From: a virus
Virus record (IMG/VR): IMGVR_UViG_3300011980_000002
Span: 128,001 to 192,000 of that record
DNA length: 64,000 nucleotides
Reading direction: 5' to 3' (one strand)
The notes under the pieces are model-generated. The model was not told where the DNA came from. It saw only the letters and a list, made by a program, of their open reading frames with translations, and searched no databases. The position numbers and the translations under genes were made by a program. The first letter of the stretch is position 1, and each line of letters opens with the position of its first letter. This document shows, piece by piece, positions 9,758-19,056 of the stretch.

Positions 9758-10510
9758 ATGAAAAATTTAGAAGTGTTAAGAGTTACTGATGAAGAGATGG
9801 ATAATCTTGAGGGGTTATTTGTAAGTCAAACAAGTAAAGTTCCAGTTTTAAATACATATATAACTAAAACTGTATCTGCAATAATAGTACCCGATGTTGA
9901 TATCGTAATAAATACAACTAAGGATAGTAAGTATAATGTAAGATATTTACTAACAGAAAATAGAATTAGTAATAGTAGAATTACTGACACATTACCAAAT
10001 AACGTAACTGAATATGAGATGTGTAGTACAATAATAACCACACATGATAACACAGACTGGGAACTGGTAAATTTACCAGTCTCACAGTTATTAACATCTA
10101 GTGGTAAACTTGATATAGAAAAGTGCTCAGAACTCCATGAGATTAAAACTTATGAGTATGATGAAAATTGTAGTTTGAGCTTAGTAATGAATTTATCTAC
10201 TATAGATAGTTCATTTAGTATATTAACATCTATAAATGGTAAATTACTTCCATTAAAGGGATGTAAACCTACTAAGTTCCTTATGTATAGTTATCCTAAC
10301 AGTGAAACATTCATCACTCATCATAATAATGCTCACAAACATATTGGTAGTGGAGCTTCAATCGTTATGGAAGTAGATGTACCATTAGGAATAGTTGAAA
10401 ATAACCCTGATAAATATTTCTTATTACTTGGTAAGGAATTCAAAGTGGATGTTTTCAATATTAATGAGGAAGCAGATTTAATTAGTTGTATTGCTAATGA
10501 AATAGAATAG
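9758..10510 (+). CDS. hypothetical protein
   Basis: 250-codon ORF with leader AAAGGAGAAAGAAATATG. Confidence 0.7.
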   Translation: MKNLEVLRVTDEEMDNLEGLFVSQTSKVPVLNTYITKTVSAIIVPDVDIVINTTKDSKYNVRYLLTENRISNSRITDTLPNNVTEYEMCSTIITTHDNTDWELVNLPVSQLLTSSGKLDIEKCSELHEIKTYEYDENCSLSLVMNLSTIDSSFSILTSINGKLLPLKGCKPTKFLMYSYPNSETFITHHNNAHKHIGSGASIVMEVDVPLGIVENNPDKYFLLLGKEFKVDVFNINEEADLISCIANEIE

Positions 10511-10521
10511 GTGGTGGTATT

Positions 10522-10782
10522 ATGACCGATAGGGAATTCCAAGAATTGTGTATAGAGAAGATAATTGAATATCATAATTCTAAAATAAGTAACGATGAAC
10601 CTAAACTAAGACCATCTATGGTATATTGTACTCATGCAGTTAATCTAACGATAATGCGTAAAACATTATTTGCCACTACTCCGGTTAGCAGTAGATATTA
10701 CGAATTAACATATACTGAGTTCAATAATGAATTAAGGTTAAATGTATACGATATGACAGATGAGCTAAAATTTAAACTATAA
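10522..10782 (+). CDS. hypothetical protein
   Basis: 86-codon ORF with a GGTGGTGG RBS-like stretch upstream. Confidence 0.55.
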   Translation: MTDREFQELCIEKIIEYHNSKISNDEPKLRPSMVYCTHAVNLTIMRKTLFATTPVSSRYYELTYTEFNNELRLNVYDMTDELKFKL

Positions 10783-10808
10783 AAAATATTAAAAAGGCAG
10801 GTATTATC

Positions 10809-12791
10809 ATGAAACTAAATTTAGATTCTTATGAAATGACTCATAAAGATATTAAGTTTAATAATAAATTTATTAATAGGGAACTGTCTTGGTTAGATTT
10901 TAATTATAGGGTACTGGATTGTGTAAACAATCCAAGTATCCCTATTAATGAAAGACTTAATTTTTTAGGTATAACAACTTCTAACCTGGACGAGTTCTTA
11001 TCAGTAAGATTTTCTTATGCTTATTATAACAAAGATAAAGAACCTTATAAAGATATTCTAAAGTCTATATATAAATTCTTAAATAACCAAATCAAATCTT
11101 ATAATAATCTCCAATTAGATTTAAAGAAAGAAGATATTTCTATATCTAAAGTATCTAAGCTAGATAAGAAAGAATTAAAGAAATTAAATAATATTTTCAA
11201 TCTTTCTATCTTCCCGTTATTATCTCCGACAAATATCAAATCTAATAATGATATTCCTAATATGAATAATGGGGATTTATGTGTGGGATGTCTATCTGGA
11301 GATAATGATTTAATCATAATCCCTATACCAAAATCTATAAATTACTTAATTAAAGTAAATAAGAAATATCTACTAATAGAAGATGTAATTCTTTCATTAA
11401 TAGATGATATCTTGATTAATAAGAATATAAAACATAAGTGTGTATTTAGATTAATAAAAGATATGTCATTTACTTTAGACCATGATAATTCTAAATTCAT
11501 TATAGATAGAATGAATGATATAATTTTACAAAGACAATCATCCAAACCTATCTTTTGTGAATTTGAATCTTCTATAGATAGTAATCTTAAAGATTTAATC
11601 ATCGATACATTTGATATTAATAAATCCCATATATTTTACAGTAAACAAATCGTAGATTATAGAAGATTTATGAAAAATAAGTTGTTATCGAGTAACTACT
11701 CGTATAAACCATTTAAATCACATAATCTTAAATTTAACGACTCTAAGTATAGCATTTTCTCTATAATAGATGAAAAGGACATTTTGTTACAACATCCGTA
11801 TGATAGTTATGAATCAGTAGTAAGATTTATCAACCATGCTGCGATTGATAAAGATGTTGTAGCAATTAGACAGACTCTATATAGAGTTTCATCTATAGAT
11901 GGTCCAATAATAAATGGATTATGCAAAGCTGCGAAGAATGGTAAACAAGTTACAGTATTAGTAGAAATAAAAGCTAGATTTGATGAGAAGAATAATATAG
12001 AGATTATAGATAAATTAAAAGAATCAGGATGTAATGTATTATTAGGAAATGAGTATCTTAAAACACATTGTAAGATGTGTTTGGTTATAAGTAAAGATAA
12101 TGATACTTATAAGATATATTCTCATGTGGCTACCGGTAATTATAATGAGAAAACCAGTATGTTATATACAGATATATCATATTTTACAAGTAAACAAAAA
12201 ATAGGTAATGACTTATTGCATATCTTCAATATATTATCTGGAGTATCCAAACCTGATAGTAAATTACAAAAGATATCATATTCTCCAGTTACTTTAAGAA
12301 AAACTATAATAGGTAATATTGATAAATGTATTAAGTTAGCGAAGAAAGATAAAAAGTCTGAGATATTTATTAAAGTTAATTCTATATCTGACAAAATTAT
12401 AGTTAAGAAATTATATGAAGCTGCTGATAGTGGAGTTAATATCTATATCATATGTAGAGGAATATGTTCTATTATCCCTAGGAAAAATCTCTATATAAAA
12501 TCTATAGTAGGTAGATTCTTAGAGCATAGTAGAATATATCATTTTAACTATGATGGAAATAAAGAATATTATATTTCATCAGCAGATTTATTAACTAGAA
12601 ATTTAGATAGAAGAATTGAGATATTATTAAATATCTCTGATAATAAGTGTATTAATAAACTACAAGAGATTATTAAAGTAATGAAGAAAGATGAAGTTAA
12701 TAGTTTCATTATGGATAGTAAAGGTAACTTTAGTAGAGGTAAAGGAAATTATAATTGTCATAACGAATTCATTGGGAATAAGATTAAGTAG
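10809..12791 (+). CDS. ppk: polyphosphate kinase 1 (PPK1)
   Basis: The N-terminal signature FINRELSWLDFNYRVLDCVNNPSIPINERLNFLGITTSNLDEFLSVRF closely matches the PPK1 N-domain. Also LQHPYDSY, QTLYRVS, the histidine segment THCKMCLV and C-terminal RFLEHSRIYHF. 660 aa is PPK1-sized. Confidence 0.9.
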   Translation: MKLNLDSYEMTHKDIKFNNKFINRELSWLDFNYRVLDCVNNPSIPINERLNFLGITTSNLDEFLSVRFSYAYYNKDKEPYKDILKSIYKFLNNQIKSYNNLQLDLKKEDISISKVSKLDKKELKKLNNIFNLSIFPLLSPTNIKSNNDIPNMNNGDLCVGCLSGDNDLIIIPIPKSINYLIKVNKKYLLIEDVILSLIDDILINKNIKHKCVFRLIKDMSFTLDHDNSKFIIDRMNDIILQRQSSKPIFCEFESSIDSNLKDLIIDTFDINKSHIFYSKQIVDYRRFMKNKLLSSNYSYKPFKSHNLKFNDSKYSIFSIIDEKDILLQHPYDSYESVVRFINHAAIDKDVVAIRQTLYRVSSIDGPIINGLCKAAKNGKQVTVLVEIKARFDEKNNIEIIDKLKESGCNVLLGNEYLKTHCKMCLVISKDNDTYKIYSHVATGNYNEKTSMLYTDISYFTSKQKIGNDLLHIFNILSGVSKPDSKLQKISYSPVTLRKTIIGNIDKCIKLAKKDKKSEIFIKVNSISDKIIVKKLYEAADSGVNIYIICRGICSIIPRKNLYIKSIVGRFLEHSRIYHFNYDGNKEYYISSADLLTRNLDRRIEILLNISDNKCINKLQEIIKVMKKDEVNSFIMDSKGNFSRGKGNYNCHNEFIGNKIK

Positions 12792-12794
12792 TTT

Positions 12795-12813
12795 ATATAA
12801 TATTAAATTGTAA
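12795..12813 (+). promoter_or_regulatory. phage promoter-like core ATATAATATTAAATTGTAA
   Basis: Family member, 39 nt upstream of the ATG at 12852. Confidence 0.5.
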
Positions 12814-12851
12814 CTAATAAATATCTATAAAGGAAAGGAAGTAATAGAATT

Positions 12852-13199
12852 ATGGGAAACAAAGATAATATATTTGGTAGTAGAAAAGAGATAGCTAAGG
12901 GTGTAAGAAGAGATGCATCAGATTTATTTAGGTCTACAGATAGTAGACCTGTTGAAGAAACCGGTTCTAAATCATTAGTTTATTATCAGTCAAAGATAGA
13001 TGGCTATTTAGTAGAAAAAGAAGCTAATGAAAATAAAGCTGCTGTTTTAGTAGCAGAATGTCTTAATGACAGAAGTATGAGTGCTAAGAGTGAGAATGAA
13101 TTAGTTAGAATAATTAATGATTTACTCAAAGGATATGACTCTGAAGAGAAAGTTAGAATTCTTACTAAAGCTTTAGTAATTAAATTTAGAATGATATAG
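12852..13199 (+). CDS. hypothetical protein
   Basis: 115-codon ORF with GGAAAGGAA RBS. Confidence 0.6.
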   Translation: MGNKDNIFGSRKEIAKGVRRDASDLFRSTDSRPVEETGSKSLVYYQSKIDGYLVEKEANENKAAVLVAECLNDRSMSAKSENELVRIINDLLKGYDSEEKVRILTKALVIKFRMI

Positions 13200-13220
13200 G
13201 ACATTCTAATAATTAAATGG

Positions 13221-13270
13221 AAAGAAATGAGATGTTTGTAGATTGTAGTACACATCTCATTTCTTTTTTA
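13221..13270 (+). terminator. Rho-independent terminator
   Basis: GAAAGAAATGAGATGT ... ACATCTCATTTCTTT stem followed by a T-run. Confidence 0.8.
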
Positions 13271-13312
13271 TTTAAAATATAATTAAAATGATGAAAGTGT
13301 GGTATAATTATT

Positions 13313-14038
13313 ATGAATATAATAGAAATACAAAAACTATCTCCTGATAATATCAAAACCAGTAAATATTTTAATGCTAAAGTATTAGATTTTCCTATAG
13401 ATAGTGGTAAAGATTTTATCATTCTTACTAGAGAATTGCAACCTGAGTATTATAACAACTTAATGTCTAAAATAGTAGATATTTATAAACTCTGTAGAGA
13501 TGCAAAGGATTTGTATTTCATTACAGAATACGGAGTGCTACTAGATATTAGTACAAGTCATAAGTTTGAATTGCGCAGTAACAAATCTAAGATATATCAT
13601 TTTAGAAGTAGTAGTGAGATTATATTTAATTTTATAAGGTCATTAGGATATTTCTATAAAAAGGTATCTATGGAAATACATGATAGAAATATCGTTGATA
13701 GAGTTGTAACTCATGGACCAACTACTACTGATATAGGATTACATTGCTCATATACATCTAATTATAATAATGATGTTATAGATGGTATAAATTTAAGTTA
13801 TAAGAATTTTTCAGATGCAATATATAAGTTTGTACCAGATATAAGTATGATAAATAGTGATTTATACTATTATATTATAAAGAGTAATTACTACGGTTGT
13901 GAGATAGTAAGTCTTAGTGATATAATATCTAGCGACTGTGGTACATGTAAATACATTAAAGGTTGCCACATAAAGAATATAATAAATTACTTTGAGATGG
14001 GTTCTGATAATCCTAAGGTAATTTCCTCTTTAGAATAA
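13313..14038 (+). CDS. hypothetical protein
   Basis: 241-codon ORF. Confidence 0.6.
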   Translation: MNIIEIQKLSPDNIKTSKYFNAKVLDFPIDSGKDFIILTRELQPEYYNNLMSKIVDIYKLCRDAKDLYFITEYGVLLDISTSHKFELRSNKSKIYHFRSSSEIIFNFIRSLGYFYKKVSMEIHDRNIVDRVVTHGPTTTDIGLHCSYTSNYNNDVIDGINLSYKNFSDAIYKFVPDISMINSDLYYYIIKSNYYGCEIVSLSDIISSDCGTCKYIKGCHIKNIINYFEMGSDNPKVISSLE

Positions 14039-14079
14039 AGAATTTAATTTAAGAAAGGATAAACAAAACTACAGGTGAT

Positions 14080-15522
14080 ATGAAAAGAATAATTTCAGTA
14101 TATCATACTCATATAGAAATTTATCCATATGAATTAGGAGACTTTAGACGAATAGAAACTTTCTATTCAGAATTTGATATAGTATTTCATAAGTATAATC
14201 CAATAGCTTATTACTATGAGGATAATACTCTATATTTACCAAGAGGTACAAGTTTAACTTATTTGCAAAAGAATTTACCTGAGTCTGAAATAGTAATTAA
14301 GAAAGATACAGATGACAAAGAGTATATTAAGATAAATCCGTTAATTGGATATAAATCAGATATACAAAAAGAAGCAGTAGAATTTCTATCATCCGAGGGT
14401 AGATTTACTAAAGGATTATCATATTCTCAATTTGCATTAAACTTGGATACTGGTGATGGTAAAACTATTGCAATGATATTAGCAATAGCTCAAAGATATA
14501 AAACAAGAGCTATGATAATAATGAACCAATCGGATTTAAAGAAACAGTGGAAACGAGAATTTATTAAAGCTACGGATATAGATGAGAATAGGATATTAGA
14601 TATATCAGGTTCTGATACTATAGTTAAATTAATGGATAGTAATGAAATAGATTATGATATCTTTTTAATCAATCATCAGACTTTATCATCATTTGGTAAA
14701 AGATATGGTTGGAAAGAGTTATCCAATTTCTTTAAAAAGATTAAAATTGGAGTTAAAGTATACGATGAAGCTCATAAGTTCTTTACTAATATATCAATGA
14801 TAGATTTCTTTACTAACACAGAAAAGACTTTTTACTTAACTGCTACATTTAAGCGTAGTGGAGCAAGAGAGTCTACGATGTTTAAGAAAGCATTTAGTAA
14901 TTGCTATAGGTTTGGTGAAGAGACTCTTAATTATGAGAGTAAAAGAAAACATACAGACTATTTCTATATTCAGTTTAATAGTAATTGCCCAGTATTAACA
15001 CAATCAAGATTATATGGAAGATTTTCTGTGTCCCCATTCAATTATATTAAGTATCAATTATTTTGGGATGAAAGAAAAACCTTTTATAATGTCTTAAAGA
15101 AAGTAATTAAGCTAATAGAGAATTTAGAGGGTAAGATATTAATAATATCTCCTACGATAGAATCTACTGAAGTAATTGGTAAATTTATATCTGATAATTT
15201 TGATAAGAGAGTAGTAATTATGAATTCTAAAATTAATGAAGAAGTCGATTTTAGTAATTATGATGTAATAAGTGCTACGATGAAATTATTAGGTACTGCT
15301 ATAGATATAAAAGGATTAAGAGTATTAATTAATACCGAACCATTTAAATCTGAAGTTAACTTAAGACAATTAAAAGGTAGATTGAGGGAATATAATAGTA
15401 CTGATATGACATACATGTTTGATTTAGTAGATGTTTCTATAAGAGATGTATCTAGTATGGGACAAAGTAGACTTAATAATATGAAGAAATATGCTAATGA
15501 AATTAAGATAATTAATGTATAA
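14080..15522 (+). CDS. superfamily 2 DEAD/DEAH-box helicase
   Basis: Motif I LDTGDGKTIAM, motif II VYDEAHKF (DEAH), motif III YLTATFKR, motif VI QLKGRLRE. Confidence 0.8.
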   Translation: MKRIISVYHTHIEIYPYELGDFRRIETFYSEFDIVFHKYNPIAYYYEDNTLYLPRGTSLTYLQKNLPESEIVIKKDTDDKEYIKINPLIGYKSDIQKEAVEFLSSEGRFTKGLSYSQFALNLDTGDGKTIAMILAIAQRYKTRAMIIMNQSDLKKQWKREFIKATDIDENRILDISGSDTIVKLMDSNEIDYDIFLINHQTLSSFGKRYGWKELSNFFKKIKIGVKVYDEAHKFFTNISMIDFFTNTEKTFYLTATFKRSGARESTMFKKAFSNCYRFGEETLNYESKRKHTDYFYIQFNSNCPVLTQSRLYGRFSVSPFNYIKYQLFWDERKTFYNVLKKVIKLIENLEGKILIISPTIESTEVIGKFISDNFDKRVVIMNSKINEEVDFSNYDVISATMKLLGTAIDIKGLRVLINTEPFKSEVNLRQLKGRLREYNSTDMTYMFDLVDVSIRDVSSMGQSRLNNMKKYANEIKIINV

Positions 15523-15574
15523 CAAAATTATAAGCAATTAAAAAAATATTAAGATATATAGGAGATTACAGATA

Positions 15575-16156
15575 ATGAAGTATAATCATAAACTTTATGT
15601 AATTACTGCTCAGCCAGAAGTAGGTAACCTCGATAAACTCGCAGATAATATTATACAGCACTTCTTAGATCCGAATGCTGAATATACAAAACCGGAAACG
15701 GATTTCAGAGTTCATCAGTATAATAATGAACTCGTTCCACTATTCAATGGTGAAGGTGGTGAAAAGGTTGTTGATGCTATTAAGTATAGTCTCGATAATG
15801 GCGAAGGAAGTGTACTTTATGTTGCTAAGTCTGTAGACCAGTATAAGAAGCTTGTTGAAGTATTTGGTGAAGATAGGGTTGTTAACATAGTAGTTGAAGC
15901 ATCACTTGTTGATAGATTTAAGAGCTATGTAGATACTATTGATTACTCTGATGATGAGAGTTGTCTTAAGTGCCTTAAGCACTTCATAAACAGTAATAGC
16001 AAGTATGCTAAGCATCAGGCTTCCAGAGGATACAAGAATGCTGTTAATGAAGGAAGAGTATTCAAGTATAGATCAGATGAGAAGGCTGCTTCATCTTTAG
16101 TAGACGAGGTGTCTAACTTCATACTTAAAAAGGGTGGATTTTACGAAGCTAAGTAA
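15575..16156 (+). CDS. hypothetical protein (G/C-ending codon class)
   Basis: 193-codon ORF with AGGAGA RBS. Visibly more CTC/AAG/CAG codons than its neighbours. Confidence 0.7.
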   Translation: MKYNHKLYVITAQPEVGNLDKLADNIIQHFLDPNAEYTKPETDFRVHQYNNELVPLFNGEGGEKVVDAIKYSLDNGEGSVLYVAKSVDQYKKLVEVFGEDRVVNIVVEASLVDRFKSYVDTIDYSDDESCLKCLKHFINSNSKYAKHQASRGYKNAVNEGRVFKYRSDEKAASSLVDEVSNFILKKGGFYEAK

Positions 16157-16188
16157 ATTACTTTTATAATTGCTTTAATATTATAAAT

Positions 16189-16229
16189 AATATACCATAT
16201 GGGTTCTATTCCCATATGGTATATTATTT
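16189..16229 (+). terminator. Rho-independent terminator
   Basis: AATATACCATATGGG-TTCTATT-CCCATATGGTATATT 15-bp stem followed by a T-run. Confidence 0.85.
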
Positions 16230-16288
16230 TCCGTATTTCATATATATATATACCGATATACTATTTATGTGTAATAAAATAAATATAT
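16230..16288 (+). promoter_or_regulatory. extended (class A) phage promoter, copy 1
   Basis: TCCGTATT - (TA)n - ATATACTATTTATGTGTAA - TAAAATAAATATAT. Near-identical architecture at 18191, 40168 and 53373. Confidence 0.6.
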
Positions 16289-16305
16289 AAAGGAGATTAT
16301 TAATT

Positions 16306-16536
16306 ATGAGCATATATGAGGCATATAAATATACAATAACTAAACTAATCAATGAAGGAAGAATTGATGCAGTTAAAAATTTACTTTCAGGGTGGAAAGA
16401 GCTCAATGAAAGTAAATTAAAAAGACTCAGAGGAACACACAGTGCTCCAGAGAGTCAAGAAATGCTACAAAAGAAATCTATAGTACCATTAGAAGTCCTC
16501 GCGGTTGTTGAGGAATTCAAAGAATATATAATATAA
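16306..16536 (+). CDS. small hypothetical protein (76 aa)
   Basis: AAAGGAG RBS 9 nt upstream. First gene of the class A cassette. Confidence 0.65.
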   Translation: MSIYEAYKYTITKLINEGRIDAVKNLLSGWKELNESKLKRLRGTHSAPESQEMLQKKSIVPLEVLAVVEEFKEYII

Positions 16537-16551
16537 AAAAGGAGAAAAAAT

Positions 16552-16728
16552 ATGTTTAGGAAAGTTGCTACAATGGAAGATGTGGAAATGGAATTAGAAA
16601 AGGTTTCCGATGAAATGGATAACATCTTTAAGAAGGCTGAGGAAGACCTTCTCAATAGTCTTAATATAAAGACTAAAGAGAAGACCTTTAGTAAAGGCTT
16701 CTTCAACTTCAATAAAAATAAAGCCTGA
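16552..16728 (+). CDS. small hypothetical protein (58 aa), not in the supplied ORF track
   Basis: ATG at 16552 preceded by AAAAAGGAGAAAAAATATG. Translates to MFRKVATMEDVEMELEKVSDEMDNIFKKAEEDLLNSLNIKTKEKTFSKGFFNFNKNKA. The stop overlaps the terminator stem. The listed antisense ORF 16455-16712 is rejected. Confidence 0.6.
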   Translation: MFRKVATMEDVEMELEKVSDEMDNIFKKAEEDLLNSLNIKTKEKTFSKGFFNFNKNKA

Positions 16729-16753
16729 TAATCTCAGGCTTTATTTTTTTTTT
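16718..16753 (+). terminator. Rho-independent terminator
   Basis: ATAAAGCCTGA-TAATC-TCAGGCTTTAT followed by T10. Confidence 0.9.
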
Positions 16754-16772
16754 CTATTTATAAGCATTATCT

Positions 16773-16791
16773 ATATAATATTATTTTGTAA
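16773..16791 (+). promoter_or_regulatory. phage promoter-like core ATATAATATTATTTTGTAA
   Basis: Family member, 34 nt upstream of the ATG at 16825. Shares the ATTATCTATATAAT upstream context with the 35994 copy. Confidence 0.55.
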
Positions 16792-16824
16792 TTAAATTTA
16801 TAATGGAAAGAAGGAGAAAGAAAT

Positions 16825-17613
16825 ATGAAATTACTAAAGAAACTATTTAAACACCATAATAGAAATATTACAGATATTTCTGAGTTAAAAGACTTTTATC
16901 TTGCTAGTAATATTTCCAAATTAGTATTAGTTAAGAATAATAAAGATTACAATTTAGGTCTTTATATTCCTTTTACTAAACTTAATGAAATTCATGAAAG
17001 TTTGGAAATGGTAACCAAATTAGTATCTATTTACAATGATCCTGTATTTGATATAGAACCTTTGTATCTTTATATTGTAATAATAAAAGAACCAGGTTCT
17101 ATAGAGTCATTATTTAAAATCTTTATATCTAATAAATATGATATTGAAAATAATCATAGTGATAATGATATCATATTAAGAATAAAGATTAAGAATGATA
17201 ATAAGGATAATATTGTTAATGTATTAAGTTTAATGAGGGATGGTTATAAAAGCTGTATTAATACATTACATAATTCAGTTGTATACAATGTGGATATTAA
17301 CTCAGCTTATGTTAAATTACAATTAGCAGAGAATGAAATTACCATAAGTAAACTAACCTTATCTAATATGATGAAGAATAGTTTATATTATGACATATTG
17401 GAAATAATGAATAATGATATGTTTGTGATAGAAGGAGTAAATGAAGAAGTTCCAGGTATCTATAAGATACAGCATTGCCCATCTGAATTAGATGAAAATA
17501 GTGTGATTATAGACGGTATATTATTAAAACAAATAATACATGGCGATGCTATGAATATCTTAGATAAAGTGATATTGAAAGATGACTTAAGAGTTAAGAA
17601 AGACGGAGAATAA
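16825..17613 (+). CDS. hypothetical protein
   Basis: 262-codon ORF with conserved leader AAGGAGAAAGAAATATG. Confidence 0.7.
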   Translation: MKLLKKLFKHHNRNITDISELKDFYLASNISKLVLVKNNKDYNLGLYIPFTKLNEIHESLEMVTKLVSIYNDPVFDIEPLYLYIVIIKEPGSIESLFKIFISNKYDIENNHSDNDIILRIKIKNDNKDNIVNVLSLMRDGYKSCINTLHNSVVYNVDINSAYVKLQLAENEITISKLTLSNMMKNSLYYDILEIMNNDMFVIEGVNEEVPGIYKIQHCPSELDENSVIIDGILLKQIIHGDAMNILDKVILKDDLRVKKDGE

Positions 17614-17618
17614 GAAAT

Positions 17619-18140
17619 ATGAAAACTAATATTAGTAATATAATAACTATAGAAAGAATATCTAACCCATACATAACAAAAGAAGGTATAATACTATATC
17701 TTTATAAAACTATAGGTACTATACATGGTAATTATTCAATAATGATGAGAAGATTAAAGGATAATGAATCTAATGAAGTGCTTATTAGAAGTCTTTATTT
17801 AACTGGAAAGTTATTTGGAGTAAGTGACGAGAGATACATATTAAAGAAATTTAATATTGCTGATGATATTGATATATCTAAAATAGATGTCATTAAACAG
17901 GATTTTGATGTATGCCCAAAATACCTATTCCTACATTGTAAAGATAATTCTGATGGTAATAGGGAATTAACTGCTGTAAGAATGAGTAATGATGGATATT
18001 TAATAGATAAGGATTTATATGATCCTAAAGAGAGAATATTTAGATTATCAATGAATATTGTCAATTATCAAAAATATAAAAAGACAATAAGTGATATGTT
18101 AAATAAAGTACTTTTAGAAACTTGGCACAAAAATAATTAA
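17619..18140 (+). CDS. hypothetical protein
   Basis: 173-codon ORF with leader GGAGAATAAGAAATATG. Confidence 0.7.
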   Translation: MKTNISNIITIERISNPYITKEGIILYLYKTIGTIHGNYSIMMRRLKDNESNEVLIRSLYLTGKLFGVSDERYILKKFNIADDIDISKIDVIKQDFDVCPKYLFLHCKDNSDGNRELTAVRMSNDGYLIDKDLYDPKERIFRLSMNIVNYQKYKKTISDMLNKVLLETWHKNN

Positions 18141-18150
18141 ATGAATTATT

Positions 18151-18189
18151 AATAAGAGTATGGTTGTATCATACTCTTATTTTTTTTTT
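18151..18189 (+). terminator. Rho-independent terminator
   Basis: AATAAGAGTATG-GTTGTAT-CATACTCTTATT followed by T10. Confidence 0.9.
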
Positions 18190-18190
18190 A

Positions 18191-18252
18191 TCCGTAATAT
18201 GTATATCCATATATATATATATACTATTTATTTGTAAGATAAAAAAATATAT
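18191..18252 (+). promoter_or_regulatory. extended (class A) phage promoter, copy 2
   Basis: TCCGTAAT - (TA)n - ATATACTATTTATTTGTAA - GATAAAAAAATATAT. Confidence 0.6.
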
Positions 18253-18303
18253 TGCCTATATATAGGTAGGGTGGAGATAATATCAAGAGCCCAAGGAGTT
18301 AAA

Positions 18304-19008
18304 ATGAAATACACATCAATCAGTTCTGTAATTGCTAAGCTAACTAATGGTATAGAGATTAAGCTTTTAGATGGTCATACATTAGGCGGTACTAAAGTTG
18401 TAGCCTGTGTTGACCCATCTAATAATGAGCATAATAAAGAACTCTTAAAGAACTTGAGTAGAGCCGCTCATATCTGTGAGTCTGGCTCTACTCCAAAATA
18501 TATGTTTGTTATAACGCAGTACGATAATGGGTGCAAGCTCATAGATATTATGTTTACAGATAATCTATTGGATATAAATAATATATATGAAACAAACCCA
18601 AATTGCCATGGTTCTTTGGTTGAGACTAATAACCAAAGAACTTATAGTGGTATGATGGAAACTATCGTAAAGCTTCGTGATATGTATAGTGAAGCTTTAC
18701 AGGAATTAAATTCTACTGGAAACGAATTAAAGTCATTCAGATATAATGGCGAAATGCTAGTATTGAGAAGGAATGACGATAAGATGTTTTCAGTAGATAC
18801 GGGATCATTACTCAGACAAGGAACTTTATCAGTTCGTATGAAGTTCAAGTACTCTGAGTATAATAAGAGGAAGTTCCTCTTAATGAAAACGAGCCCACAA
18901 CGAGTTTCATTGGAAGAAGTCAACCCAAATGGAACAGTAATCAATGGTGATGGTGTCACCATTACCATGTTACAACTGGATGAACTTCTGGATGTAATAA
19001 GACCATAA
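18304..19008 (+). CDS. hypothetical protein (G/C-ending codon class)
   Basis: The ATG at 18304 has AAGGAG 6 nt upstream. The GTG at 18271 used by the ORF track lacks a properly spaced RBS. Confidence 0.7.
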   Translation: MKYTSISSVIAKLTNGIEIKLLDGHTLGGTKVVACVDPSNNEHNKELLKNLSRAAHICESGSTPKYMFVITQYDNGCKLIDIMFTDNLLDINNIYETNPNCHGSLVETNNQRTYSGMMETIVKLRDMYSEALQELNSTGNELKSFRYNGEMLVLRRNDDKMFSVDTGSLLRQGTLSVRMKFKYSEYNKRKFLLMKTSPQRVSLEEVNPNGTVINGDGVTITMLQLDELLDVIRP

Positions 19009-19056
19009 AAAATAAAACCCACTTACATAAATTACAATAAGTGGGTTTTATTTTTT
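19007..19056. terminator. bidirectional terminator between convergent genes
   Basis: AAAACCCACTTA ... TAAGTGGGTTTT stem flanked by an A-run upstream and a T-run downstream. Confidence 0.85.

Noticed and set aside
18271-18303. GTG start of the 18271-19008 ORF; likewise the longer starts 20044 (minus strand), 24047 (TTG) and 37344
   Set aside because: In each case an internal ATG has a correctly spaced AAGGAG / conserved leader, while the track start has none.
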